In this document: positions 27,954 to 41,613 of the stretch, piece by piece | How positions within the stretch are numbered: position 1 is the stretch's first letter | Layout: every line of letters begins with the position of its first letter | NCBI GenBank assembly: GCA_000165425.1 | Contig: CT868658.1 | Location: forward strand, 62,001 to 126,000 | DNA from: Paramecium tetraurelia | Taxonomy: Eukaryota | Direction of reading: 5' to 3' | DNA: 64,000 nucleotides | Notes under the pieces: model-generated | What the model saw: only the letters and a program-made list of their open reading frames with translations | Database searches by the model: none | Told to the model about the DNA's origin: nothing | Position numbers and translations under genes: made by a program

Positions 27954-29690
27954 TCAATCCTTATTAAAGTGATGTTTCAATATTATTTATTTTCTTAGTA
28001 ATTCTTCTTCCACATTTATTAAAAAATGATCAAATTATTCCTTTAATTTTTGTTTTTCCATAAAACTGTCTATCTTATTCTTAATCAAACCATTAAAGAA
28101 CTGAAAGGTTTTTTCTAGGTTTTCTTAAAAATATCAAATAAATATTTACAATTGTGGATTTCATCTAGAGTTGATTGTAATTTATTAATCTAAGTTTTAC
28201 TCCAATTTGATATTTCATCTAGTTATTTTTTATATAATGCAGCCTCCTTTTTATAATTCACTTATTAATTTAACTTTTAATTTGAATCTAAAATTCCATT
28301 ATTCATTTGACCACAATTTTAAATGATATTATTTAGTTAGACATTACTATTCTTTATTTCATTAATCTAATTTTAGAGAGATTAATTTATATTAAGTAAA
28401 TTCTCTTTCTCTTTTTCTTTTACTTATAATTCTGTTTACAAATTTTCAATTAAATTATCTTGTTTTTTTTTATAAATCTAAGACTCATCCATTTAAGTCT
28501 AAAACTCTCCTAAAGTTTATATAAATGTCTACTTTTCCTTACAATAGGTCATTTATTTTTTGTCAAGTTCGAAAATTTTTTTTTTCAAATTCTAAATCTC
28601 TTATAGTTATTTAATATCCTTTTATTCTAGTTAAGTTGCGTAATTTTTTTAATTAATGTTAGCTTGTTCATATCGTTATAATTTTTGTTATAATTCATAA
28701 TTTTCTTCTACAATCTACATTAATTATAATCTTTAATCTTGAAATTCTCTTAGTTTATTTTATAATTATTGATTTTCTATTTTTAAATCATAAAATTCGT
28801 GATTCTTGATATTTATTTCGTTATTGATTTCTTCTAGTTTTTGTTATTACACAATCAGTTTATTTTATTGCTATTGATGCAGTTCCTCGATAAATTTTTT
28901 TGTTTTATTTTATGTCTCTTAATATTCTGATTCAGTTAAACCTATTTATATTGATAAATTTTGTATTTCTAACTACATTTATTCTAATTATTATTAAAGA
29001 TTTTCTTTTTCCTTTCTATATATTCCATTTTCATTAGTTAGATTCTTTATATAAGTATAATAATACCAGAATTTTCTCATTTTTTAATTTATTTTCATTC
29101 TCCAATTATGTTAGCTATTCTTTTATTTATATTGATATGGATTGTTCTTATCCTATTCGTTATTTTGCCTCTTCTAGTTAGATTTTCAGCTATTCCTGAT
29201 TTTCCTTATGCATTTCCTCTTTTTCTAGAATCTATTGAGACAATAAATGAGTATATTATTTAAGTTCCTAAATTAACTTTTCTTTTTCCTTAGTATTTTT
29301 CTAATCCTATAATTATTGTTCAAGCTATAGGATATGGGCCCTTTGTTTATCAGCTTTCTTTTGGACTTCTTTTAGGGTAATTTCGTATTGCATATTTAAC
29401 ATTTCTGAACGTTTAAAATTAGTTTCTAATTGAGCCTCTAAGACTAGAATAAAGAATTACTCCAATTTTTGAGCTCCACCTATTTAATCACCTTATCGGA
29501 TTCAAGATTCTTAAACTTTATATTTAGTTGCTCTATTTCCTTTTAGAGTTACTTCTCAACTAAATTAAGTCTCTATTTAATATTACTGAATTATTGTTAC
29601 TTTGTTTTCGATTTGCAGGCTTCCTATTAATTTATTTTGTCTTTGAAATTCTTCCTCTGATCGAATTATTTCTATTTCATCATCGCTCAT
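27954..29690 (-). CDS. long coiled-coil hypothetical protein
   Basis: MSDDEIEIIRSEEEFQRQNK..., E/Q/K-rich heptads, tiny introns, ends ...EEELLRKQIILKHHFNKD-TGA at 27954-27956. Confidence 0.75.
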
Positions 29691-29849
29691 TTCTGTAATA
29701 AATATTTATAAAAGAATTATAAAGGTTAATAAAGAATCAATACTGATGTAAATTTATAATAAAGTATATTTAAGCAACATTTAAAAGATTATTCTATTAA
29801 ACTTAATTCTGAATCAATTAATATAAAATTATTTATACATTTCAAATAA

Positions 29850-32800
29850 ATCATGACCACATCACTGTCAGTTGTATTCATCTTACGGAACTAGATTTTC
29901 ATTGTGCCATACTTTAATTTTTAATTTTTGAGATCTATCAAGCCTCCATACCTATATTGCCTCTTATACAGCTTCACTGACTTATTTCCAGAGCACTGCA
30001 GATCTAGCATTAGCTTTATCAGTATTTTTTAACATTAGTATTATCAAATTATATCTAGAAAAATAATTCCAACAACAACAATTGAAAATATTTCTGCTCT
30101 CAATAAGCCAAGGAAACCTCTAATTAATAGAATTTCTACAAGGATTTATAATGCGAGAGTTTTCTTCGATAATCATGAAAATAAAGACTATGAAAAATAG
30201 AATCATAAAAGCATTAATAATAAACTATCCAGAAAACGTTAATTAAACGGCTTCACTTTCAGGATTTGACTTCACAGCAGTTGTAATTACATAAGAGATT
30301 GTGAGCATTATAAAAGAGCCCTAATCAAATTTATTAAGTTTTCTATTATAATATGGTTAAAAGTAATAGGACAATGAGACATAAAACAAAACCAAAAGCA
30401 ACGACGAAAGACCCTAAATAAGATAGATAATATTATACCATATATAAGACCTCTTGAGCCAATAAGCAATAAAGTAAACATATTCCAGCTCTGATATAAA
30501 TTTTAATGAACTCCCAATAAAATTTTATCTCTTTGTTAATCTAAATGTATTCAATATAGATGTATCCCCATAATAGTTGGTATTTATTTTTAGGAAGTTT
30601 ACCAAGATAAAAGTCCTTTGATAATTTTCCTAACAATAAGAGAGGTAAGAATAATAATAAGAAAAATCCTGGATAAATAAACCATTTCAACATAATTGAG
30701 TGATTATTTGAGTAATACTTAAAGGATACATTAGCTTAAATATAAGAATCATCAGAGATGTCTCTTCTAATAATAAGGTTTAAGAATTCTATCAAATATA
30801 CAGGCTAAAAATATAGAAACATATAAATAAGCATTGTTTTAATGTATTTCTACTTCTTTTTTAAAAACTTCTTGAAAATCAATATTTCGATAATAATAAT
30901 CATTGCGACATAACAAATAAGTGTTAGAGTCAAGGACCAAATTAATCTCAGATAAATAATATCTGGTACAATTTCTTCAACTAGCAAGCAATCCAAAGCA
31001 TTATCAAAAGTAAAAGCTGGCATAGCGATTGTATTGATTATATCTTTGCTACTTTGAGATATTACTTATCTCTATCCTTCTATGAGAGATATCAATTAGA
31101 AGAAATTCATAAATATTTTAATTAAAATAGCCGATTTGTTAGAGTGGCCTCTAAAATAGTTGATTGAGAATGAATTCAAAATTTATAAGCGAAAATGGTT
31201 TTTTATTCTGTCTTCATGACCATATATCGTAAGAAAAGTGGTTAATATTATGATGATGCAGGTAATCACTATAACAGATTTGTTATTTGTTCTTTCTGAG
31301 CATCTTTTGCATTCAAACTTAGCAGAATTGTAATAAGATTCTTCCCAATGAATAGCATAGATATCACACTCTTCACAAAGTGCTCCTATCTGTCCAATTT
31401 GACACATGTCATTTCCAACATAAAATCCTCCTTTGCAATTCTCAACCTAATTTATACATTTTTCAATATTGTCAGTTTCATAATTTGGTCTCCAGAATTA
31501 TTCTTAAACCTTAATTCTATTCATATATGTGTAATTCATAGAATAATAATCAATTACTTTGCATACTGGATCCTTATAAATTAAAGAGTATGTTCCAACA
31601 TTGCAAGGAGTACATGTTCCACTTATATTATCATATTTTTCACCTATTTAACATTCAACTGATCTTATTCTAACTTGTAAAGCATATTGAGTATCGAAAC
31701 CAATGCACTAATATGGGTATTAATTATGATATATAGGAATATTCACATGATTACTACTAAAAACCGCATCTAAAGTAATATTATTATAAGGGTCATAATT
31801 AATAATCTGGTCGGAATAGTCAAATCCCTAAGTGCTATTTTAAATGAAACTTCTATTAGTATTTCCTGACAAAGGTTGGAGTATTTCTCCTTAGGTTTTA
31901 TCGTAAAGAGCTGATAAACTGCAATATTAATTGTACTAATATCCCATAAAGTGATTATTTCTATCAAGAAATACAACTACAATAGTTTAATTTTCAAATT
32001 CAGACATTTTTTATCCACTCCTTATAATAATTGGATAAAATATCCAGCTTGTGCGAGAATCTAGATTAGCTTATTTTTGTATCTAATTATTTACTCTAAT
32101 TCCCATTTAAGTAGGATATTGAGCAACATCATTGCCAAATAATTTGGCATAACATTATAGAAAAGACACACTCATCAATTCATAATTATTGATTCCGCTC
32201 TCTACCATGGCAATTGCACCTCCAATACTAGCATTATTCTTATAATAGAAACTGTCCTCAATATTCAATTGTTGTTTAATTTGACTTCCGTTTTTTGGAT
32301 AGGATTCAAAATAGAAGCATCCTCCTCTGCCAGTAACAACTGCTAAAGTACAATAAGTCTCAGATGCATTAACAGTTAACCCATAAAAAGAAATACCACC
32401 TCCATGAACAGCCTTGACATCATAGATATTTAGTAATTTTACAATTACATTTGATAAATATGGTGGATTAGGAATAACATAGGTAAAGCTATAATTATTC
32501 TGAGTTTGATTAATTGTTTCTTCCTTCAAAATTCTTTTTGAAGACTAATTGAAATTAGCATATTCAGCAATTTTATAGGCTGTCAAATTTGAGTTTAAAG
32601 TTACGTTAATCAATGAGTCCATTTAAACCTATTATCTGAAGTACTATTCACTAGAAATCGAGAAGCATCCGTAATAAGATGATTCTGAGTTAGAACATCT
32701 ACAGGAGATCAGTTCAACCAAAGGAATTAGTTTTGAATTTGAGACCCTCATTATTTGTACAAAACCGCCATGACATTCCTTGCAGATTACATTGATGATA

Positions 32801-35800
32801 GCAACATTTTATAATTTTAAAGGTGTAGTCTCCTGAATCAAATCAAATAACATCAAAGCTGGATTGATTCTAAATTCTGAGAATTCTAATCTGATTTAAA
32901 GCAGTATACACAATCCATTATTAGTAATATTAGAACAATTTAAATTAGCTATTGAAATTGATGATATATTTCTGAATTATACAGTATCAGCCTATATTGG
33001 ATTTATTTATGGTTCTAATATTTCAATGTAGGGTCTGAATGATAGTACACCATGTTAAGATTAGATATTATTCAAAATTATAAAATTTGCTTGCCAGATT
33101 GAAATAAATCCATAATAATATAGACCTTCTGATTCACACCTATAGATTTCAATTGAACCATAATCTTATTCAACAGCAGCAATTCTCTTAATAAACAAAA
33201 ACATTTCAATTTATTAGAGAGACCCTAATTACTAAAAGTAAGCCAACGAAGATGTCTAATTCCCCGAGATCTTAACTTATTGAAGTATCATTCTTTACTC
33301 TGTTTAGGTTCTTGAATAAAATACTGTTTTAACGGCCAGACCACTTAAAGCATAGCAATTATTAAGTTCCGAATCTTCAATCATAAATTACTAACGTTTA
33401 TCATAACTCATCAAATAAATTCCACCACCTTCTCCTCTTGTAAAACAATGACTAAATTCTGAACTCTAAATCTTCATATCTAATTAAGATGCCATTGAAT
33501 CAATATATAAACAGCCTCCACTTGATGATACTGCTCCATTCAAGGGAGTATAGGCATATCTAATTGAAACATTTTTTAAAATAACCGTTCCTTCCTTCAA
33601 AGTTCTTAAGAACATTGCACCACCCAATTTAGAAGTCGAATTAGAGAAAATGCAATTACTCATGTTAAGATTGAAAGCAGATATATAAATATGTCCTCCT
33701 TCCGTTATTTCATTAATAGAAGGAACTGAAGATTGTGATAATTAATCAAAGTTACTATTATTCATTTAAATATTTGAAATGATTTAGGTTCCTACTTCTA
33801 AATAGAGGACTGCTCCAAAACCTTAAACAGAGTTTGATTTCCAAGTACTATTTGACAAAAGCAAAGTTCCAACTAAACTTCTCATCAAGAAGGTAGGATT
33901 GCTTGGTCTCAGTGATCCATCTATTTCCATTAAATGATGATTGTTGAAGAAATTCATGAAACTTATCTGCACAACTTACATTTGAGTGGAATCTATCAAT
34001 ATTGCAGATGAAGGAACTGCTAGAGCAGTTGTAACAATCGTACATTAAGTCACTTCTGCCCCATTGATAATGATGGTCTCTTAATAATCAGGCGTCGAAG
34101 TATTATAAACTAGATTACTCCAAGAGGATATTCCTACAAAAGAATTGTCTCTTCCAATCAGATTTATTAATTATATGTTGAATAACTTTACTTCTTTATA
34201 AGGATTGTTAATAAATAGACAATAATTATTTCGAATTTTTAGTCCTTCTTTTTAATTACAATTAATATTGATGAACTTAGTAGTCCAAACTTGCTCTACG
34301 TAAAAGATTGTTAAGTCTGCATTTTGGACACTGTTAAAATCTGAGACCATTAATGTGTTACTCTTCTCAACTCTTATTGATGCACTTGTTGCTGCTTCCA
34401 AGATTGTTTCATCAAACCCTTTAGTGCTAATCTATTTAATAATCAATCCTTTCATTGTAATATTTATGGGTATATCATAATCGTTTTAAATTTCAGTGAT
34501 TAGAATCAAACATGCAGGAGTTAGACAAATTACTTAATCAATTTCTAGATTGGTAAATTGCATCTTTAAACCTGAAAAATTTGGATCATTCAACTTAATG
34601 GTTTTAAGTTAATATTAAGTTTATATCAATCTACCTGAATTATTAAATAAAGTATTATGCAAATATACCGCACTTAATTCAATAGTTGTTATATGGAATA
34701 ATGCAGTAGAATTAACTTTAGAATCTTACATTTAAAAATTATTCACTTTGATCTATTGCATCGTCGAGAAATCAACAATTCCTCTTGAATTATTGTATTC
34801 AGTATTTCTCAGAGTTAAGTTATGAATATTGATGATACCCATAGGTTAATTAAAGGTATTTGTACTAAGAAAAGCACCATTGTTGACGAAGTAACATTTT
34901 ACAAATTGAACTTGTTCTAGCACAATTTTGTTATTCCATAAGGGTTGACTTGAAAAATTAGCTGGTTATATCTCGAAAAGTGCTTGGCTTTCAACAGCAA
35001 TATCAGAAAAAGTTACGTTTTTTAAATTAATTATTAAGTATGGCAATATTACGTTAGAATCGTAAACTAAGCCAAATGGCTTTGCCTGGAATGTAATCTC
35101 TTCACTGAGTAAATAGTTTTGAGATTGAATAACAACATCTTTGAAATTAATTTCATACGTATTCAAGAGCGAGGTAAAGAAAGGCTTTTACTTCTTTAAA
35201 GTAATTGACTTCTCACTATAAGGTGTAGTGTAATCCTTGGATACATAATGATCTTCAGCAAGTGTATTTCCGATTTTTACATTCTCTAGGTAGAACTTCG
35301 ATCCTGTGTTGTTTAGGAATTAAAGTCCAAAAGGTTCTTCAGGCCTGTATTGATCGCTTGAGGTCTTGGGTAGATCAGATGCTTGATATAAATCTATTCC
35401 ATTTAAAGAGACCGATGTAAAATATACAAAATATATTGACTTTTGGATGTACCATTTCAATCTTTCGTTCTTGTATGGAGAAGTGGTTTTGATTTTAAGT
35501 TCTACCTCTTTAGCAGAGAAGATATTTTTTCTAAAATTGGTAGTAAAATAAGTGTCTTTCTTGAACTCGCAATCATAATTAGAGTTATCCTTGTTATATT
35601 AAAATTCCAGTATAATTGTTATTTTTCTAATGGCATTCGTATTCCAATCAATAATATCTAGTTTATTTCCATCAATTAAATAATAATCTTCCAAAACAAT
35701 CTCGGCAGTCTTGGATGTAATATTATTGAATTTGGAGTTAATATTCAATACATTTACAGTTTATAATTATTTACAATCAGCTTTAATTACGATTTCAACA

Positions 35801-38013
35801 GAATCGTTTATACACTATGGACAAGCAGTATCTTGTTTGATGCATCTGCCAGTTATAGTATCCAAAAAAAACTTATCGGCACATTTGAATGATTAAGTTG
35901 AATACTTATCGTAAATCGGTAGAATAGGATCATAATAAGGATTTTCTCGATCCTTTTCTTCTTTAGTTCTTTCTCTACAACCAATAGTATCTTCTGGACA
36001 CATAATGCAATCATAACCATCGCTAGAAGCACTACGTGATTTTTAAGTATCATCAAAATTACACTCATCACAATAGCCCTTTAATCCTACTGCTGAAAAG
36101 ATTTTACAATTATCTCCTCCCATCTCGCATTATCCAAGATCGTCATTTTTAATAGGTCCCCTATTTAAGTCTGGTGGGAAACATTCTTCGCAAATAGGAC
36201 CTATGATTTCATCGTCTTCATCAAATTCGTAATCCCAGTATTAAGGGTAGTGAATAGATTTCAAGGAAATGGTGTAGCAAGTCTTACACTTTCCATTCTA
36301 AGAACATGGTTTACAATTTCCTTCTTCCATATCAACATAGTAGCCATCAATGCATCTTTAACAACGAATAACTGGTTCCTTTCCATCTTTTTGAGTTTTG
36401 ACAAATGACTAGCATAAATAATTATCTTTGCTTGAGAAATCCAAGGTGCATTGCCAAGTATTTTAATTATAATAAAGCATGTATCCAATATTACATTACA
36501 AACACTTTTTACCATCAGGTGGAACTTTTTGATAGGTCAAACAATCCACATTAGAATTATTCGATGAATCAATTTAAGTACATTAAGTCTTATCCTCAGA
36601 CAAGTAAAATTTGTCTTCGCATAATGCACACTTCATCTAAGAGTCACCTATTATAACACTGGTTATAAATACTCATCTTTGCTGGGAATTTCATATTATT
36701 ACTGATAGTTGCCATATCGGTTTGATCAAAATAAGTGCACAATTTACAATTTGCAATTGAACAATCAGCGCATCCAACTCCATCAGGTTAAAATATTTAG
36801 CTATATTTTTAACATTATCGACACTTCAACAAATATAGAAGTTCAAGTGCCTCAATATCTGATGCTGTTGCTTCTGTATTTTCAGGCTCAACAACTTTCT
36901 CTTTATCTCTTGTTGGGCTATAAAATCAAAAATATAGAATACAATTCCAAGTTATTCGTATACTCACATCGTTTGCAATTTGTGCCGCATCTAACACAAG
37001 TTTTTCTATTCAAAGATGGAATAGAAGTACTCTAAGCAGTACTTGTACAGTCCTCGCATCTTTATGCTATCCTAGTCAACTTAAACAAGTCTTCAAAAAA
37101 TAAATTTTCATTTGCTTCAAATCTTTTCGTTAACAACTCAGGTTTATTATTAAAGCTATCCCAAGGTTTTGTATTAAGATTCATTTAATTAAAACCAAAA
37201 TAACAGGTTTCACAACCCGAAAAGCATGCTACACATGTACTAGTGGTTTCTTTTTAATCAATCGCATTTCGAGTGGTTAGCATACTGAATCCTTTATTAC
37301 AAATCAAACATTCTTTTTTAGTTTCTATAACTGTCTTTCCTGAATCAGTTTTGATATTTGTAACTATCAAACAAGACTTACAATTATCTGGACAAGAATC
37401 GCATCCTCCAATTGCATCACTATATTAGTACTCCTCTGCACAACTGATGTACAATTTATTCAAATCATATGAATACTTTTTCTAAACTGGAAAGCATGTT
37501 GAATTTTGAGATTTACAAAAGTGATCACATCCATCACAAGCCTCTGTAATAAACTAAATCATTAACTCATTCAATGTACATTTTAAGATCCACTCTTTAT
37601 TACATAAAATAATTGTTTAAGAGGTCTTTCAATTTTGTGAAATGCAGAATTAACGCTTGTTGATTTCGTTTTATAGTCATAACTGCAAATTCGAGATTTA
37701 TCCCTAACTTACATATCATAAATACCATGTTTGACTATTGTCCAAACAATCTCCACAATAATAATTGTTGTCTTCATTGAATTTTTTATACGGACTATTC
37801 TATTTTCAATCAAAATTACCATTCTACGCAAAAATTTGCTCCTGCCTTAAGATTTAAATCAATATGATCTTCTGGCAATTAAAACAAAAAATATTCCTTT
37901 TCACATCTTTAGCAATTTCCTTTATCTTATGTAATACAATTTGGAACTTTTGGAGCTTCATCACATGTAATTTCATAAAACAAAGTTAATAGAGTTAAAA
38001 AAGTAATATACAT
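29850..38013 (-). CDS. giant (~2700 aa) surface protein: Cys-rich repeats, parallel beta-helix (Pmp/pectin-lyase-like) region, C-terminal multi-pass membrane domain; 3' end approximate
   Basis: Signal peptide MYITFLTLLTLFYEITC, many CxxC repeats, GG-x-(I/L/F)-Y/F motifs (SSGGCLYI, EGGHIYI, GEGGGIYL, VHGGGISF, GRGGCFYF, SIGGAIAM), CKGGFYVGNDMCQIGQIGALCEECD motif followed by several TM helices. Confidence 0.8.
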
Positions 38014-38042
38014 TATTTATTTATTAAATATCTATTCGAAAT

Positions 38043-38252
38043 GTCTTATTCTCTTCTTTACAAAATAAGTTTATTGAATAAGTATTACGGAATCAATCAA
38101 ACTATAACTAATCATAAATCACACAATTAATTAGCAAATATATCTAAGCCAAGAGTCTTGCAATAATAAAAATCAAAGAATATTTTGATATTGTGAAACA
38201 AGAATTATTAATAAAATAAATAATATTTATAAATCACTTTAATAAGGATTGA
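38043..38252 (+). pseudogene. relic of the C-terminus of the coiled-coil gene at 27954-29690
   Basis: Translates ...KIKEYFDIVKQELLIKQIIFINHFNKD-TGA, versus ...KLKEQFDHFLINVEEELLRKQIILKHHFNKD-TGA in the intact gene; no in-frame ATG seen. Confidence 0.6.
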
Positions 38253-40058
38253 TTTATATGTATGTAAATTTCAAATTTCTTTAAATCATGAGCAAGAATA
38301 AATTAAACTTATTATTTTCAATAATTAATTGCAGTTGTTTGTAAGAATAAAGATCTATAAATGACAACTAAATATTTAGAAGGAATTATAATTAATTTTA
38401 TTCGATAACATATTAATAATTCAAATTATGATTTTACAAACTTCGTATCTTTAGTTTGATTAATCCCAAGAAACTAAAAATTAGCCATCACTTGTTATTG
38501 CCCCAAATGTGTCATTAGTAATTAGTTTCTTTAAATGCAGTGAATTCAATAACCCTTGATCATCTTTTTTATAAAGATAAATATAAAGTTTGTGTTTTAC
38601 TATAACAATATTTTTTTCTTTATTAAAGAAAATAGGGAAGAAAAGGCTATCCTTTGAATCTTTTTCTTATAAGAGTGACTTATTCCTTTTCTGGATATAA
38701 TCATTCTAAATATTAAATTAATAATCGAATAAATAATCTTATCCATTCATAGATCCTGAAACCCATAAAAATCGATCATTATTGATAAATTTAATTCTGG
38801 TTCCTAAATCATAACTTTATTAATTAACATTTTTTTTAAATATCCATTAATCTGATACTTTTTACCATACTATAATTTATTTATCTAAACCACAAGAAAC
38901 CAAAATATTTTCAGATTCATTTAGACTGAGTCCATTCACTTACTTAGTATGATTATCTAATACTTGATGAATAGATAATAAATTGCTACTCAAATCTGCA
39001 TCCCAAATGATGATATATTTATCCATATCACTTGTAAATAATAAATTTTCTTTCTTATTCAAAATCATGCAGCTTATTCCTTTTTTGTGGGATTTATAAG
39101 TTTATGACTTTTTTATTTAGCTTTGCTAAAGATAAGACCAACATATCAAATGACCATCTATTGAACCAGAAACAAAATTATTTGAAATGCTACTGAATAA
39201 CAAATTAGTGACAACTTCTTGATGTTCTTCTAAATTTTTGATCAGATTTAATTATCCTGCTTTAAATTCCCACAATTTAATAGAATTATCACATCCAGAA
39301 ATCATAAGTGAATTACTATGATTAAATGAAATTGAATAGCATGTTTCTGATTACTAATTACTATTATATAAGTGTATAAAACCTTAACTTTATTATTGCA
39401 ATTCTTATTATTATTATTATGGATTTTGTTATTATAAATCAAAATCTCTTCTCAATTTTTCAATTTCTTATATGCATTTTTTTTATTCTTCCAAATTCTA
39501 TAAACTGTCTAATTTCTAAATAATTTTCGTTGTAAAATTTATATTTATTTTATTAATTTCATTACTAATGATTTAGCTTTAAGGGTTTTCATCCCTTATG
39601 ATTTGTTTAATTTGATTTTCTAAAGTCATTTAATATAAGGCAATTTTTTCTTATTCTATACATTTTTTAACTCCTTATATCTAATTTATAAACTTATATT
39701 AGAGTTCATTCAATAATTACAAAATATTATCAAATCTTCTGAAACAAACTTCAATAGGTACGAAATTTTAGTTATTTCTGTTACACACTCTTATAAACTC
39801 AGGTAAACCAATTGTTAACGAATTAGGAACTTCTTTTTCACAATCAACACATAGAATGCATGATTATAATGTTATTTTTTCTGAATTTTCACAAATTATT
39901 TTGCTCAATTGTTTTTGATGTCTCTGACATTTCTAGCTTGCTAAAAATTATTGAATTTATTCCATTCAATTAAATAATTAAAATATTAATAAATTAAAAG
40001 GAATAAAAGAGTATTTATAAAATTTATTGAATAATAAAACATAAAAATATTCTACATA
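38215..40058. repeat. right arm of ~1.9-kb inverted duplication
   Basis: Reverse complement of about 26087-27990. Confidence 0.92.
38421..39965 (-). CDS. WD40-repeat protein (copy B, 514 aa), inverted paralog of 26168-27784
   Basis: Intact 1545-nt frame, near-identical to copy A, with a 72-nt shorter polyQ linker. Confidence 0.9.
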
Positions 40059-40458
40059 TATAGAACTTCTACTTTCACAAAAATTTAGGTGAATTCTTTT
40101 ATATTTTTGTTCCTTCGATTAAGAAGAACTAATTTATCAAAGCATTTTGAATTTCAAAGTGTGAATCGGATGATTATACTAATCTCTATTAATTCCCTTC
40201 TTCACATAGCTTCTTATTAAATAAAAAAAGAATGGGAAAAACAAAATTTTTGAGTTGAACCAGAAATTATAATGACATTGTTCTAAAAGTATTAGTAGGG
40301 ATTGCAAATAGAATCACCTTTTAGGAATAACAATACATCAAACAAACACGTCATTATTAATCAAATATTCTTACTTATTTAAGATTCTATAAATTTTTCA
40401 AGAGGATAAGAAACTAAACTTAAGGATCTTTTTTTTGGCAATTATTATTTGAATATAA

Positions 40459-41502
40459 TCATTTCTTTTGCGTAGCAGCAAATAGATCATAGTATTTGCG
40501 AAGATCTTTTTTTGAAAAGATAAAATCTTTCATGGCAATTTTAATGAATTTTTCTGGATCAAAATTATTAAAAAATTTCTAGTCTTTCAGAATGGCGATT
40601 ACTTATTCCATGGATTTTGCCTATAATTATTATTAATTATGTGTTTTACTGTCAAAATTTCTTCCTTTCTTATTTTGAGTATGGCTAAGGATGCTCTGAA
40701 TGTAGTTTTGTGATGTTCATACCAAAATATATCAGTGACTCTTAGAAAGATTTACATCGGGAGAATTGAGCTAAAGAGAGTGATAAACCTAAGAATTGTA
40801 TTGTTATAATTACCATTCGGCTGCATAATAAAAGGGGACAATATTAAACTTGGCAAATTTTGCATGTACATCAGGTAAGAATTGCTTGATTAAAATATCC
40901 AATGCATAAAAATATTTTAATGTATTAGTTGGATTTATATAGGTATCAAGACAACCGTATTTTGTAAGCAAACTATACAAATGCCAATAGACTAATTCAT
41001 CATTCATCAATAATAAAAATGAGCCAGCCAAATAATTCAATCCTTGACAATATCCCATGTCTTAGAAGGTCAAGCTGATTGCTCTTAAAACTGTGAAGAG
41101 AGATTGACTTGTGATAGTGTCCATTTTGATAAGATCATTCGATTAGAATGTCCGCATAACATCCAAGGTGATTTGACTGTCGTGAGGTGAGATTTCTTGA
41201 GATTCAATGAGCTCCTTATAGGTTCTCTTCGAGAATACTATTCAAAGTTTTACCTTTGCTTGTATTTTCATTTGATCTATTTCAGCCAAACAAGGCCAGA
41301 TGAGCATTCTGATACCCTCTGGTATTCCTTTTCTTAAACGAGATTTGAGTTTAGAATCATTATTGGCCATTAATTGAGGAATCTTAGGTATCATTTTTCT
41401 CCACTTTTCAATCCTTGCATTAATCTTGAGCATTTCTTCTTTGCTTGGCTGTTGCGTGTTTTGCTTCGGAAACCCATAATGATCTCTATTCTCTGCAATC
41501 AT
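40459..41502 (-). CDS. TBC-domain Rab GTPase-activating protein
   Basis: DHYGF, RLRKGIPEGIRMLIW, ITLDVMRTF, MGYCQGLNYLAG, YAAEWFITLFS; tiny introns; TGA at 40459-40461. Confidence 0.93.
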
Positions 41503-41613
41503 TAATAATAATAAATAATTACTTTTATTCTAATGACAAAAAATTAAATAACTTGGAAGAAGAATGACTAAAATATCCAAGAAATACAAATATATATATA
41601 TTATTGTATCTTA

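Larger units (their letters stand above)
26087..27990. repeat. left arm of ~1.9-kb inverted duplication
   Basis: Reverse complement matches about 38215-40058 over the WD40 gene, ~80 bp upstream and ~200 bp downstream. Confidence 0.92.

Noticed and set aside
26087..40058. Transposon or composite mobile element with terminal inverted repeats
   Set aside because: The arms are ordinary WD40 genes. No transposase, integrase or target-site duplication was seen.
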